A stretch of DNA of 64,000 bases from Chrysemys picta bellii (Eukaryota). The notes beneath the pieces are model-generated. The model did not search any database. It had not been told where the DNA came from and saw nothing but the letters and a program-made list of their open reading frames with translations. Of this stretch, positions 11,219 through 23,400 are shown one piece after another. The first letter of the stretch is position 1. Each line of letters starts with the position of its first letter. The position numbers and the translations under genes were made by a program. The stretch is taken from NCBI RefSeq assembly GCF_011386835.1, contig NC_088800.1:15500001-15564000 (forward strand), in the 5' to 3' direction.

Positions 11219-12891
11219 CCCCCTTTGTATAGGAAGCTCCTGGCTCATCACGTCTGTGGTTTCTGTGCAGGGGAAGGGAGAACTCACCTCTGGAGGAGGT
11301 GGCTGAGGAGAACTGCCTTTTGGCCTAGCCGGCCCTAGAGTGTGACAGACCAAGGGCAGAAATCTGGGCACTGCTGCAATTTGGCTAAATCTCCCTCTTG
11401 CTGTAGTCCCAGGCCCTTCACTATTAATCCAGCACACAGTCAGCTCAAAGTGTCTGGGTGAACATGGGCCTTTTGCTGGCAGCCCAGCTCATGCAGCCGG
11501 TTTGATAGCTGGACAAACTGTTCTTTTCTCCCTTGGCTTTTGTACGCGGCTCCTGGTTTGGATCAGAGTGCTACGGAGCAGCATGTATATGATGAGCTGT
11601 GTGTGATTATTATTGGATTGGCATTGCAACGCGAGGGGCTCAGCCCCTTAGGACCGTGCCCCCCAACCTTGTGCTGCTGCGTGGCACTAACGTGTCAGAT
11701 TTGAACTAGTTTTGGGTTTCAAATCAAACCTGTGAGAGCGCTGACAGAAGGCAGAGCCTGGCTCGGGCTAGTTGTTGCAGCGCTGGAGGATGAGTTGGAC
11801 TGTCCCTCTGTCCACACTTACAGAGTGGGGCCCATTGCCTGGATTTGCAGAATCCCCAAATGTCTTGGTCCTTCAGCTCTCTGGGTCTGGCACTGGGAGC
11901 CAGGGCTCGGGAAAGCCCAGCTGTAGGAGCGGTTGCTGCCTGAGCTTTTCCCCATACAGAGTAGTGAAGAAACACTACAGCAGCTGTGCTGCATGACTGT
12001 GGAGTGCACGCTAGGGCAGACAAGGCAGGAATCTCGTGTCCCTGCTCTACAGCAGCTCAGCAGAGAGCTCCAGGGGGAGCATGTTTGCCTGCCTATGGCT
12101 GGAAGGTGGCCACAGCAGCTCCCAGCAGCGAGGACAGGACAGGACAGCTACGTCTGGCACTGCCCTCTTGTTCCAGGTCTGAGTAGGTTAGTCACATCAA
12201 TCGGGGCAGCCCCAAGCCTCCTGAAAATAGTCACCCCTTCATAAAGACAGAGAGCTGGAGGGGAGGAGCATCTCCAGCTAGGCCCGTTCCCTCCCATCCC
12301 CTAGTGAGTGGGCTGGGGATAAGGTTGAGGGTGTGGGCGAGGGGCATCCCATCTGATAAATGAAAGGGCCCAGCCTCCAGCCAATTGGCGGTTCAGACCC
12401 TTCTCTCCCCTCACTGACACCCTGGCGCAAACTCCCCTTTGCCTAAGGCCAGGAAGTGTAGGGCACTAGCCAGCCTGACACAAGGCACTGACAGGTTGGG
12501 GGGAGCTGGCATGGACTAGTCACGATACTGCAGAACACGCAGCCCTTCCCCAGCTGCTGGAGAGAGCAGCTAGCCCCAAAGGCCCAGATGCTGCCTCCCC
12601 TGCCAGGACCATGCACAGCACCACCCCGCCCTGTTTACAGGCTCATGGAGAAGCCAGCTCAGCAGCAGCTCTGCCCCAGCTCATGTCATGCTCTTTGGGC
12701 TGCAGCAGCCCCCAACCCCGTCTGTGGCTGTGCTGTTGGGATCAGGTCTTTGGACCTGTGCCGCCCCCACTCAGGGATGCAGGGACCAAGACAGCTGCAG
12801 TTCGATCCATTTTACTGGGGACGGCCTCAGTGGCACAATCTCACTCGCCCGGAGGAAACGAGCATACCAGGCACTAGACAAGTGGGGAACA

Positions 12892-12897
12892 TTTATT
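12892..12897 (-). promoter_or_regulatory. PLIN1: Candidate polyadenylation signal of PLIN1
   Basis: TTTATT on + (AATAAA on -), about 1.6 kb downstream of the PLIN1 stop codon. Confidence 0.4.
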
Positions 12898-14482
12898 ATT
12901 GCAGTAAATAGAAGAGCCGGTTGCTCTGATTGGGGGATGGGGAAACACACAGCTGGGAGGGGGATGCAGCTCACCTTCCTGCAGGGAACCTACCCAGATA
13001 CTGAGCTGCTCCTACAGGACAGGAAGAAAGGGGCTCCAAGAGCTTCCCAATGCCATAGACTGCATAGCACATGCCTTGTTACTGACTCCACAAAGCCCTA
13101 CCACCAACCACATGGAGGGCCAAGGAGATGGCCTGGCTTCTGGGGAGCTCCCATCCATGGATCCTGCCCCTGGGTCTCAAGTGACTTCTGCAGAGGAAGA
13201 CTAGGCCAGAGGAAGGATTGGCCTGCGTGGGGTAGGGGTGGGAAGGAATGAGGATGGGAAGCCACGTTCCCCCCTCAGACATTTATAAAGCTGCTGTCTG
13301 ATGGCCCTGGAAGGAGAGGGGCTGGTCTGCAGCAGAACTCAGCTCCCCCAGCCTACAGTGCAAAGACAAGTGTCCACCTCAGCTGCTGCCCACACAGGGT
13401 ACATGCCCGATAAGCCCTATTGAGCAAGGCCCAGCCATAAGCAACATGGCCTTCCAGCTCCTGCCCTTTCCTGCTCTCCTTTCCCACTCTTCTCTGCTCC
13501 CTCTTCCCCCTCCTCCTCTCTGCTCCCTCTCCCATCTCTGCTCCATCACATTAGAGCCTGCTTCTTCCTTCATGTTCCTGCTTCCTGTCCTCACATTCCC
13601 ATTCAGGAAATGCTCTCTTACTGTGTCGCTGCCATTCAACCCATCACAGGCAAGAGAGGACCAGAAATTGCCCCCTGCCCCACACTAGGGCTTGCTTATT
13701 CCATCTACCTCACAAGGCAGTTTGGGGGAAAAAAGCAACCCAGAATGACACATATTGCAAGCCATGTAACTACAAGGACCAGTGAACCTGGTGGAGAAAA
13801 GCCATCTTTGCTAAGGATTCAGCACTTTGTCCCTTCAACTGAGGGCTGAGAAGACGCCCAGGATAATACAAAAACCCCAGTGGCTCCCCCGGTAAAACCA
13901 GCACAGACCAGCCCTGACATTCCTGATACGGCTGCTGTAAAATACCAGCAGAATTAGGGATTGAGGGCCCTCTCTGACCTCTCTTCAGAAAGAAGCCAAC
14001 AGGGCACAACCCCATTTCTTTCTCTGTGGGGTCACTTTGGAGGGATGGACATGACACAAACTGCAACCCTGCCCTCGCTTTCCCCCCCATGGCCATAGTA
14101 ATACTGCACTGCAGGCCTCCCCACTAAGCAGGGCCTCAAGTCAGTCTCGGTCTCCGTGCCAGCTCCCCTCTGGGCAGACACACAGAAACAGGCCTGAACG
14201 CCCCCGACCTGCTGGGAAAGGGAATGAGCTGGGACCATCAAACTCATTTCACTCCTGGCCTCAAGCTGCACTTGACCCTGGTGCCAGAGGTGAAGGTAAG
14301 TCCCCGTCCCTGTCCCCTTGTCTGTGCTGGGGCTGTGCAGAAGGAGCACTGCTTTGAGATTAACTCCTCAGGGTCCTAATACTGAAACCAACAGCATGAT
14401 GCTCGACAAGGTGCTAAGCGCAGCAGGTGCAGGCTGGCATGTGTGAAGCAGGGAGAGAGTGAGCTCCGGCCCCTGCCCCCAC

Positions 14483-17400
14483 TCAGTCCTTCTTGAAGGC
14501 CGTGGTGTAGAGGTTGCTATAGTTAGCCCTGGTGTACACAGGCTCCGGGCTGTAGCGGTATGAATTTTTGCTTACCCTCCTGGTGCTGAGCCCCTCCCTG
14601 TAGGGGGAGAAGGCGGATTTGCGGGACAGGGGGTAGTCGGGCTCGAAGGTTGGACTCCGCTGTGGAGTCTGGCGCTGGATGGAGATGGGCTGCAGGAAGA
14701 AGGGATCCTCCAGCCCCAGGAAGGAGAGGGGATGGTGAGCTCGGTTGGCGCGCCAGTCTCCTCGCAACTGGGATTTCTCCGGGGACGGGGGAGCCACAGG
14801 CCTGGAGCCCTCCCGACTTCGTTGTGGCTCAGGAGGGGGCTCGCTCTCATGCGCCGGCTCCTCTTTCTTTGCCAGCAGCCTGGGGAGCTGAACAGCGAGA
14901 GAACACGTTAACACCCCTCCTGCCTATGGGTGGCCTGAAGCACCGCCCTGCCTCTTGGCCAATGGCTGCCAGAGGGACATCTGAGTACTGAGGAAACTGC
15001 ACTTAGCTCCTGTCTGCTCTGCACCGTAACTAAAGGAGCCCCCGACACTTATCAGAAGAGTTGCCGTTTGCCCCCACGTCTGGACAGAATCCACTGCCGC
15101 ACTGTCCCCACCCCAGAGGTGGCTGCATTTCAATGGTGCAGCATGTGCAGGAAGATGCTATGGAAATAAACAGAGGAAGGGCATGACTGGCCCTCCATCC
15201 TCTGCCTTCCTTCCCCACTGTTCATTCCCAGAGAGGGGGAGGAAACCCACCCCACAGCCCTGCTCTGTGAGGCCCAGCCTCCCTGTCCCCTCGGTGGGTG
15301 CAGAGTGTGAGGGGGCTGCATGAGCCTCAGGCCAAAGAGGCCTCCATCTGGACCATGCTGCCCAGAGGGAATTAATCCCTTTAGCTAAATCCCCACGCGC
15401 TGGGCAGGGATGAGGAGGCTTCACTGCAGCTCTTACACACCGAGTTCAACCCAACCTGGCAGGAATAAAAAGGCTAGGAGGGGGCTGGGGAGCTGGCGCA
15501 GTGGCCTTGGGGGGTAAGGAATGCCAAGACTGCAAAGCATGGCCCCCGCAGACGCCCTCCCTGGCCTTCAGCATCCTCCCTGCTTCCCCTGCAGGAGACG
15601 GGGCAGCAGGACCAGCCGCACCAAACTCATTCTCTGCTCAGTGGGGGGGACCCTGTGGGGTTAGCTCCCCCTCCTCATCCCACACATTCCTGCTTCAGAT
15701 TGGAGCCAAGCAGCCTCCCCTCCCCACAAGTGACTGCTCCCAGCCTAGGAGGTCACTCTGCTCGTCCTGGGACAGCATACCAAAGGGAGAGCGGCGCACT
15801 GGCCGAAGGGCCCACGGTGGCCCTCAGGACCAACTCAGGTCTGGAGATACTGCAGTGCTGCTGGGCCCAGACCTGCCGCCAGGTTCTGCTCAGGCTCCAA
15901 GGGACCTGCAGCTAACCCACCCCTCCCCCTCGGGCTCCAGGGGACTCTTCCCTCCTCAGGCCCGAGGCTCCAGGGGACCAGCCCTGCTCCCCTCCAGCCC
16001 TGCTCAGTAGCCAGGGGACAGGCTGCTGCAGCAGCTGGGAGATGCTAGAGGAGCACAGCTAGCTTCTCTAAATGGTTGATTCTGACTTGTCTCTCCAGCC
16101 AGGTGGGCACCGGAGCCCAGGTTCAGGCCCCTTAGCTCGGGTTGTCTCTCCCTGTCCAGATGAAGGATGTATTAGGTCTGGTTGGTCTGGTCTCGGCTGC
16201 TTCTGGGATTTTCACTGCAAGGCTTTTCCAAAGGCCCCCTGGCCTCAGGGGTGGAGACCCAAGGGGGCTGAGTGTTCCCCACCTCGCTCATGTGCTCAAA
16301 GACAGAGGGCCAAGGCTGCTTGGGGATGGGGAAGTGCACAAGTAAAGCCTCCGGAAGACAGGACCAGGTTGGCCCCTAGACCCAACCCTACTCCATCCCC
16401 AGCCAGGATCTGCCCTGTAACGTGCAGGGAGGATGGCTGCTGCCTGGACTCCCAAGTGGAGTCTGGCCCAGGCACCAGACACAGCAGGGTGACTGGTTCA
16501 ATGCTGGGGCTGGTCCCCTTTGCCATGTTGGCTTCTCCGCCCCAAGCCAGGCTGCCGAGCTGTACGGAAGGGTATGAGGAGTTGGGTCTGTGACCGGTCC
16601 CAGGACAGCAAGTGCTGCAGCCATGGGAGCAGGGACCCAGAGCCAGGTACCTCAATGTGACAGGAAGAGTCAGGGTGAGACGCCCTGGAGAGCAGTGCTT
16701 GGGGGGGTGACATCAAGGCACTGAGGCTTTTCCTGACTGCTGAGCCAGCCCAAGGGGTCTGTCGACAAGGAGGCAGTTCTGGCTGGATTCCCAGCAGCTA
16801 CTGGGACTGACGTAAGGAGGTGTCTGTGCTCTCGCTGGGCTGGTGTTTGCAAGAACCCACCTCCCCACACCACCACTCTGCAGAGGTGGCCCCTCCCTGC
16901 CAGGCACCTGCTCCCTTCACTCTGCAGAAAGAGCGCCAGGAGGAGACTGCAGAGCATCCCCTGCCACCAGGCGAGGGCACCTCCCCTGATCCTCCTCCCT
17001 CCCACCCAGTGGCATTTTGAGTCGTAAGTATAGTGCACACTGGAGAAAGATGGGACCTCAGGCTCCCACTGGAAAGCAACCCATTCTGGGGGACCCCTGC
17101 ATGCAGGGGACCGCCTTGTCCATGGACTATTACTGACACAGTCACAAACACTGACCAGGTAAGTAGGTGCCAGACACCAGCCCGCCCAGTGGGGCTCTGC
17201 ACCGGGAGCTGCTCAGAGGGCCTTGGGTCGTTATTCCCCAGCACACTGATCTGACAATACTGCCTGCTCCTCAATGGGTCCCTCTCCCTGCCCCTCCCAA
17301 TCTCTCTCTTCTACCCTTCACAAAGCCCTGTATCCTCGAGGCTACTCAGACCTTACACCCACCACGGAGCTGGGGCTCCCGGCCACTCCTGCCCCACAAA

Positions 17401-20400
17401 GCAGAAAAGCCTGCAGCTGAGAACTCGACTCCAGACAGGTCCCCAGGGGGTGGGCAGTGGAGCCCAGTGGGTTCAGGGGGCAGTCTGCGTCTCCATGGAC
17501 ACATGACTAATGGGCTGAGAGCCCTGGGTCAGGCGGGGGGGAGGGGCAGGAGGGGAGGAGGGAGGAAGGAATCAGCTGGAGGGGAGGTGGGTCACTCCCT
17601 GAACTTTCACCTTGCCAGGAATTTCTGGTCACAGACCCAGACTCTCTCAGCTGGGATTTCTTAGGACAGTCCATGTGAGCAGCACTCCGGGGGCCTGGCT
17701 GCAGTCGTCTGGGAAGGACAGACCCCACATGCAGTACGTGGCTTTTGGGCCAGCCAATCTGAGAGGCCCACATTAGCTAATGGGTGTGCCTGAGCACGTG
17801 GCTGTGCCCCTCACAGCTGACTGGCAGTAGCCCCTGCTTTGGGGCTCCAGACAACGCTCTCCAGTGACCATCAATCATGACTTTGGCTTCACAGGTGGAA
17901 GGGGGCAAAGGACTGGACTAGCAGGGGGGCTTCACGTCAGGACTGAAGGGCACTGGCACAGCTGGGTGTGAGGTGGCCAAGACTGGGGTGCATCAGCAGG
18001 GCACCCCTCTGCACCATGGCCCGTGTAAGCAAAGCCAAGAGTCCATCACTTCCCCAAGCCCAGGGAGGGCCCCTGCTCCATTCTGAGCTGAAGGAGCCAT
18101 CTCTCACATGGCCCAAAGGAGCCCCAGACTGGCAGCGAGTCTGCTGCTGTAGGAACCCTTGGTAGGATTCCCAGCAGGGAGGGGCTCCAGCCAGAGGTGG
18201 GGGAAGATACAGACCCCAGGCCAGAAGGGGCTGATCCTGGCCAAGAATGTCCTGCCCTCACACATCCCCCTCTCTCCTGCAGTGCAAGAGGGGAGCTCTC
18301 AGCGGAAGGGACAAACTCACCGGCACGTAGTGAGAAAGGGTCTCCACCATGCTCCCAGTGACGCTGCGTAGGGCATCCCCCAGAGTGCCCACCTTCTCTC
18401 TGGCTATGGAAGCTGCCTTGCGGGGGGTGAGTTGGAGCAGCTCCCCAGCTGTCCCCCAAGCAGCAGAGGGGACCCTCTTCACATTGGAGATGGTGGAGAG
18501 ATAGGCAGTTTGTAGGCTCTGGGCCATGCTGCCCAGGAGGCTTGGAGTCTTGGCACCCTCAGCCATCTGCAAAGAGAAACACGCCCAGACGCTCTGGTAA
18601 GTGCCAGGCACAGCCCATGCTGGGGAACAGCAGGCCCCAGGCACCATCTCTGTCCTGCAGCCCTGTCCTTCCCTTTGAGTGCCCCAGCCCCCAGCAGCCC
18701 AAAGACTGAACAGATGATTCGGAGCCAGTGCCATTGGCCTTGGGCTGAGCAGCTTGCACTGGGGCTTTATCCTGTCCTCTCTCGCCCAAGCCCCCAGGCC
18801 TCCAGAGACAAGACAAGCCTGCTCTCCCCTCCGTCTCCCCCATCCCCAGCTATTTGATTCCAGGCTGTGTTTCCGGTGGATGTTTGTCCAACTCCCCTAG
18901 TTGTACTGAGAGTGGGGAGGGCAAAGGTGCAGGGCTCTCACTTCCCTTCTTCCTTGTCCCAGCAGACCTCCTACTAGGGGAAAGCTTCCACTCAGCCATT
19001 TCCACAGCTTGAACTCCGTGCCAGGTTCTTGCCCCTGGTCTGGCAGCACAAAGCAGCTGTGAAGCTGGTGGATCTAGCCTCCCAAGGATTCCCCTGCAGA
19101 GGTGAACCCATCCCTAGGTGTCAGCGCTTCACCAGTAGTGGGTCTATGCCATCCCCTCTGTGCCCAGTGCAAGGCCCTGTGCCCTCTAGGGCAAAGAGGG
19201 GTGTAGCAGGGCATCCCTACTCACCAGCCAGCCCTGGCTGCCTAAACTGCCCCCTAGGACTGTGGGCCGAAAACTGGACGTTTGAGCAGCTTCCCCTGCT
19301 CCCCACCCCTCACTGCAACAAACAGAGCTCAGCCAGGCCAGAGACTCCAGGCCTCTGCATCTGACAGGCCTGGAGGCTGCCAACTCCCTTTTCAAGGGTA
19401 GTGGCTGAGGACAGGGGCCTCTCCAGAGCCTCCACCAAGTGAGGGAGGCTAAAGACCCTCACTTCCTGCCCCTCTGCCAGGGCTTCCAAACCCTCAGCTT
19501 GCAACAGCCATCTCCACCTGGGAGGGCACAAGCAGAGGGGACCCTTGAGAGCTGCCCAAGGTCACCAAGCCTGTTTCTTGGGAATAAAGACCAAGTGGCA
19601 GAGGGGCACGGGGAGCATGGCCCATGGGATCACAGTGGCTACTAAATAGAACTGTTTCCCTTTATGTGGCAGTGTTATCTAGCAGTTATTGCAGGGGGCT
19701 GGGAGCCAGGACTCATGGGTTCTGTACCCAGCTCTGCTACCAATTCCCTCTACAGCAGGGGTCAGCAACCTTTGGCACACGGCTTGCCAGGGTAAGTACC
19801 CTGGCGGGCCGGGCCGGTTTGTTTATCTGCCGCGTCCGCAGGTTCAGCCGATCGCAGCTCTCTCTGGCCGCGGTTCGCTGCTCCAGGCCAATGGGAGCTG
19901 CTGGAAGCGGCGCGGGCCAAGGGACGTACTGGCCGTCCTTCCCGCAGCTCCCATTGACCTGGAGCATCGAACCGCAGCCAGTGGGAGCTGCGATTGGCCG
20001 AACCTGCGGAGGCGGCAGATAAACAAACCGGCCCGGCCCAGCAGGGTGCTTATCCTGGCAAGACGTGTGCCAAAGGTTGCCGACCCCTGTTCTACAGCCT
20101 TGGGAGAATCACACACCCTTCCCTCCCCCACCTCCCTGAGCCTCAGCTTTCCCTCTGTACCTGATCCCTGACTGTACTAAGGGCCACAACTGCTGCCTTG
20201 GCCCCTGGACAGGGCCTGCAGGGGGCTTTGTAAAGATTCCCTCGCGGACCCCTCAGAGCAGGTGTGCCCCTCTCTGTACCTCACTTGCTTTGGTTTCTTC
20301 TTTCTTCAGCTCCTCCTTCTCTTGCTCCTGTTCTGACTCCTTACTTTGCTCCTTGCTCAGCCAACCAGCTGCTGCATTCTGCACATCATGCAAGACCTGC

Positions 20401-23400
20401 TGGGCCTTGGCCGTGCTCTGCCTGGCCACGGCACCCTGCAGCGAGAGAGAGCAGAGAGCCCGTGCTCACAGCTGGGATCTCGCCAGGGCCACCATGGAGC
20501 GGGGCAGCTGCTGCATTTCATGACTGCATCCCTTGTGCTTGAAACTGGCTCCCGAATCCAGGTGTTCTTGCAGCCCACCCTGGCAATGCATGATGGCCAG
20601 CACAAGGCTGATGAGTCAGAGTTCACTGCCCCTCGCCAGGGCTCCAGATTTCCACAGAAAAGCACTCAGCTAGCCTGCAGGCCAGCATCAAGGGAGGGGG
20701 AGCTGCACTAACACACAGCATAACACAGGACCTTTCCATGCGAGGGCCTAACTGTGCTTCATGCTGGGCAAGCCACCTCCGAGCCACGCCTGTTCCCACC
20801 TGCGCATGGGGGACAGCGCTGATGGAGCTGCGAGGCTAGGCCCGGTGCTGCTTTGCAGGCTCAGGTACTACAGTGAGGAGATGAACGCTAAGGGGAAAGC
20901 CTAGCAATAAATACGTTAAAATGCCAACATTTCCTCTGTCAGCCTCCTGCGATAGAGCTGAGGGACTCACAGGGAACACTCACCCACCACTAACATGCTG
21001 CCTTGTCTGGGTGCAAAGCAGCAGCTGTTTGACTGATCCATAACAAAGCTGCACACCAGTTTAGGACAGAAAGTAAAGAGAATTCCAGAGCCATTAAAAA
21101 CCACAGGAGGGATTTGTCGAGTCGAGATGCAATTACCCTGGATGGAATTTGGCCAGAACATAGGGGTCAAAACCCTAACTCTTTCCAAAAGTGACTTAAG
21201 ATCTTTAATAACCACAAGTGGCCCAGTCCTTGGAGTTAGGTACCATCCGATTCTCTCCCCTAACACCGCTCCCTGCAGCACAGCACCCCTCGTGTCATGC
21301 TGGGGCACTGTGGTCAACGAGTCACTCAGACCCCATCCCTTGCAGCAGCTCCATGTTCCTTGGAGGTCTCCCAGCCAACCCAGGCCAGCCTTGCTTAGCT
21401 TGTGAGCTCTAATCGGAATGAGTGGCTCGCAGGATCCATTCTGGGTCAGGGCTCTAATTGTGACGGGATGTCCAAGGGTCAGAGGACATAGAGACACACA
21501 TGGGAAGAAATCCCAAAAAGGCAGGGGGCTGTGGGGTTCTGGCGGGGGTGGTTTCCAACCCCAGGGGAGCAGAGTGGTGAGACGGTGGGTTGGAGGGGGC
21601 TTTTTACTCCTGATTTTATCTGTGCTTCCGCTGGGGCCTTTTGCTTTGGGAAGGATGTTATGTCAAGACCATTAATTAACATTCTAAATTTAGAGCCAGT
21701 TAAAAATAATCCATCCTGCTAGCTTGGTGGGGGCCTTGTGTGCACTGATGCCACAGAGATTATAAGGGGCCAGGACCCTGCCTGCTTTGGAGGGAGAGTG
21801 AGCAGCTAGCAGCAAAGAATGAGCCAAAGAGCCACTTGGCTCTTCCCATGGAGCAAGCAAAGAGAAATATATTCACCGCCGCAATGCCCAGCATCCTGTT
21901 CTCCACCAACCATGAGACCCTGAAAAGTTCTGGCCTGGCTCCTAGACAGGGCAGTAGTGGATGGGCCTCAGCAGTTAGAATAGGATGTTGGGTGGCAGGA
22001 CACCTGGGTTCTGCTCCTGACATGAACTTGCTGTGACCTTGGTGACTTGGGCAACTGTGTCTCAGTTTCTCCTCAGTGAAATGAGGATAAAACCCCGTCC
22101 TACCCTGCTGAGAGGCTTAACTGATTAGGGGGTGTAAAGCACTCAGAGCGCCTTAGAGACAGAAATAGACAGATGCAAAGATGAGAAGGGCTTTTAGTAT
22201 AATTTAGTATTACTTATGTTTATTTCCCTGTCTCTGTGCCAGCATCCTTCAGTATAGTTCAGGAGATGGGGATTGTGCAGTAACGGCTGCTAAACCAGCA
22301 GGGGGCCCCAAAGCACTGTTTTTGTCTAGGTCCTCCATTAAACATTGGTTGTCGTTTGTGTGGCTTGGGATCCAGCAGCGAGCCGGACTTTTTATAGATC
22401 CAAGGGGCTATGTTTTACGCCCATGTTTTACGGCAGATCAGTCCCGGCACTAAGCTGCTGCCAGGTTCCCCAGGAGTCACTGCATCAGGTTCCCCTTAGC
22501 TATGCAGTGCAGGGCGGGGGCACTCACCAAGCCTGGAATCCATGTGGTCAGCTCCTGCCCTCTGGCTCTAGTGCGCTGGATGGTTCTGGCTGTCTGCTGG
22601 TAGGCGCGGTGGGAGATGGTGCTGGCCAAAGCACCGATCCTGGTGAAGGTGCCAGGATCTGGCTGGGAGGGCGTCACTTCAGATCCATGCATCCTTGTGG
22701 GCTTATGACCTACGGGCAGAGAGGCAGAGCCAACTGGGAATGGGCATGAAACCAGTATGGGAAGAGGTGGGAACATCACACATGGCCTGGGATTCACCTG
22801 ACCAGCTCTGCACCCTCGGTCCATGGGAGACTTGGCATGGAACTGCTCTCCTGGGATCTCTGGGGGCAGAATTCTAGTGGTGCACAGGAGCAGGTCTTTG
22901 CGTCGGAACTGCCCCGCTACACCAGCTGTACCGCAAAGCCCCATACAGCTCTGTACAGTGCCTGGCACCCTAGGACTTTCATTTCTGAAGCCCCTTTTTC
23001 AGTCCTCCAGGCCTCCCCCTCAGCCCCAACCACCCAGCCAAGTGCAGTACCTTGCTGAGGAATAATCAGCCCCCCCCCACCTTTTCTCTTCTTTCAGGCT
23101 CCATCTGCAGGAGGCATCTGACTAGGGTGACAGCGCCACCTTGTGGAAAGCTCAGCAGCTGGCACCCTGAGAACTGGTTGGTTGCAGGAGGCAGATCGTA
23201 CCTGCGTTGGAAGGGCCCATCATGTGGGCCCCCTCGCACAGGTAGAATCACTGGGCCATTTACTGTGTCCGAGGACATAACAAGGAAGAAGGAACAATAA
23301 CCTGGGTATTCACGGGGCCACCCCTCCCTCCCTATTGCTACTCAGGACACCACCAGGGGATCTCCCGAGCAGGCTAGGTGAGAGAGAGGAGACTCTACCC

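Noticed and set aside
21350-21415. 5S rRNA-like sequence
   Set aside because: Partial, heavily diverged and joined to a Deu domain; it is a SINE head, not an rRNA gene.
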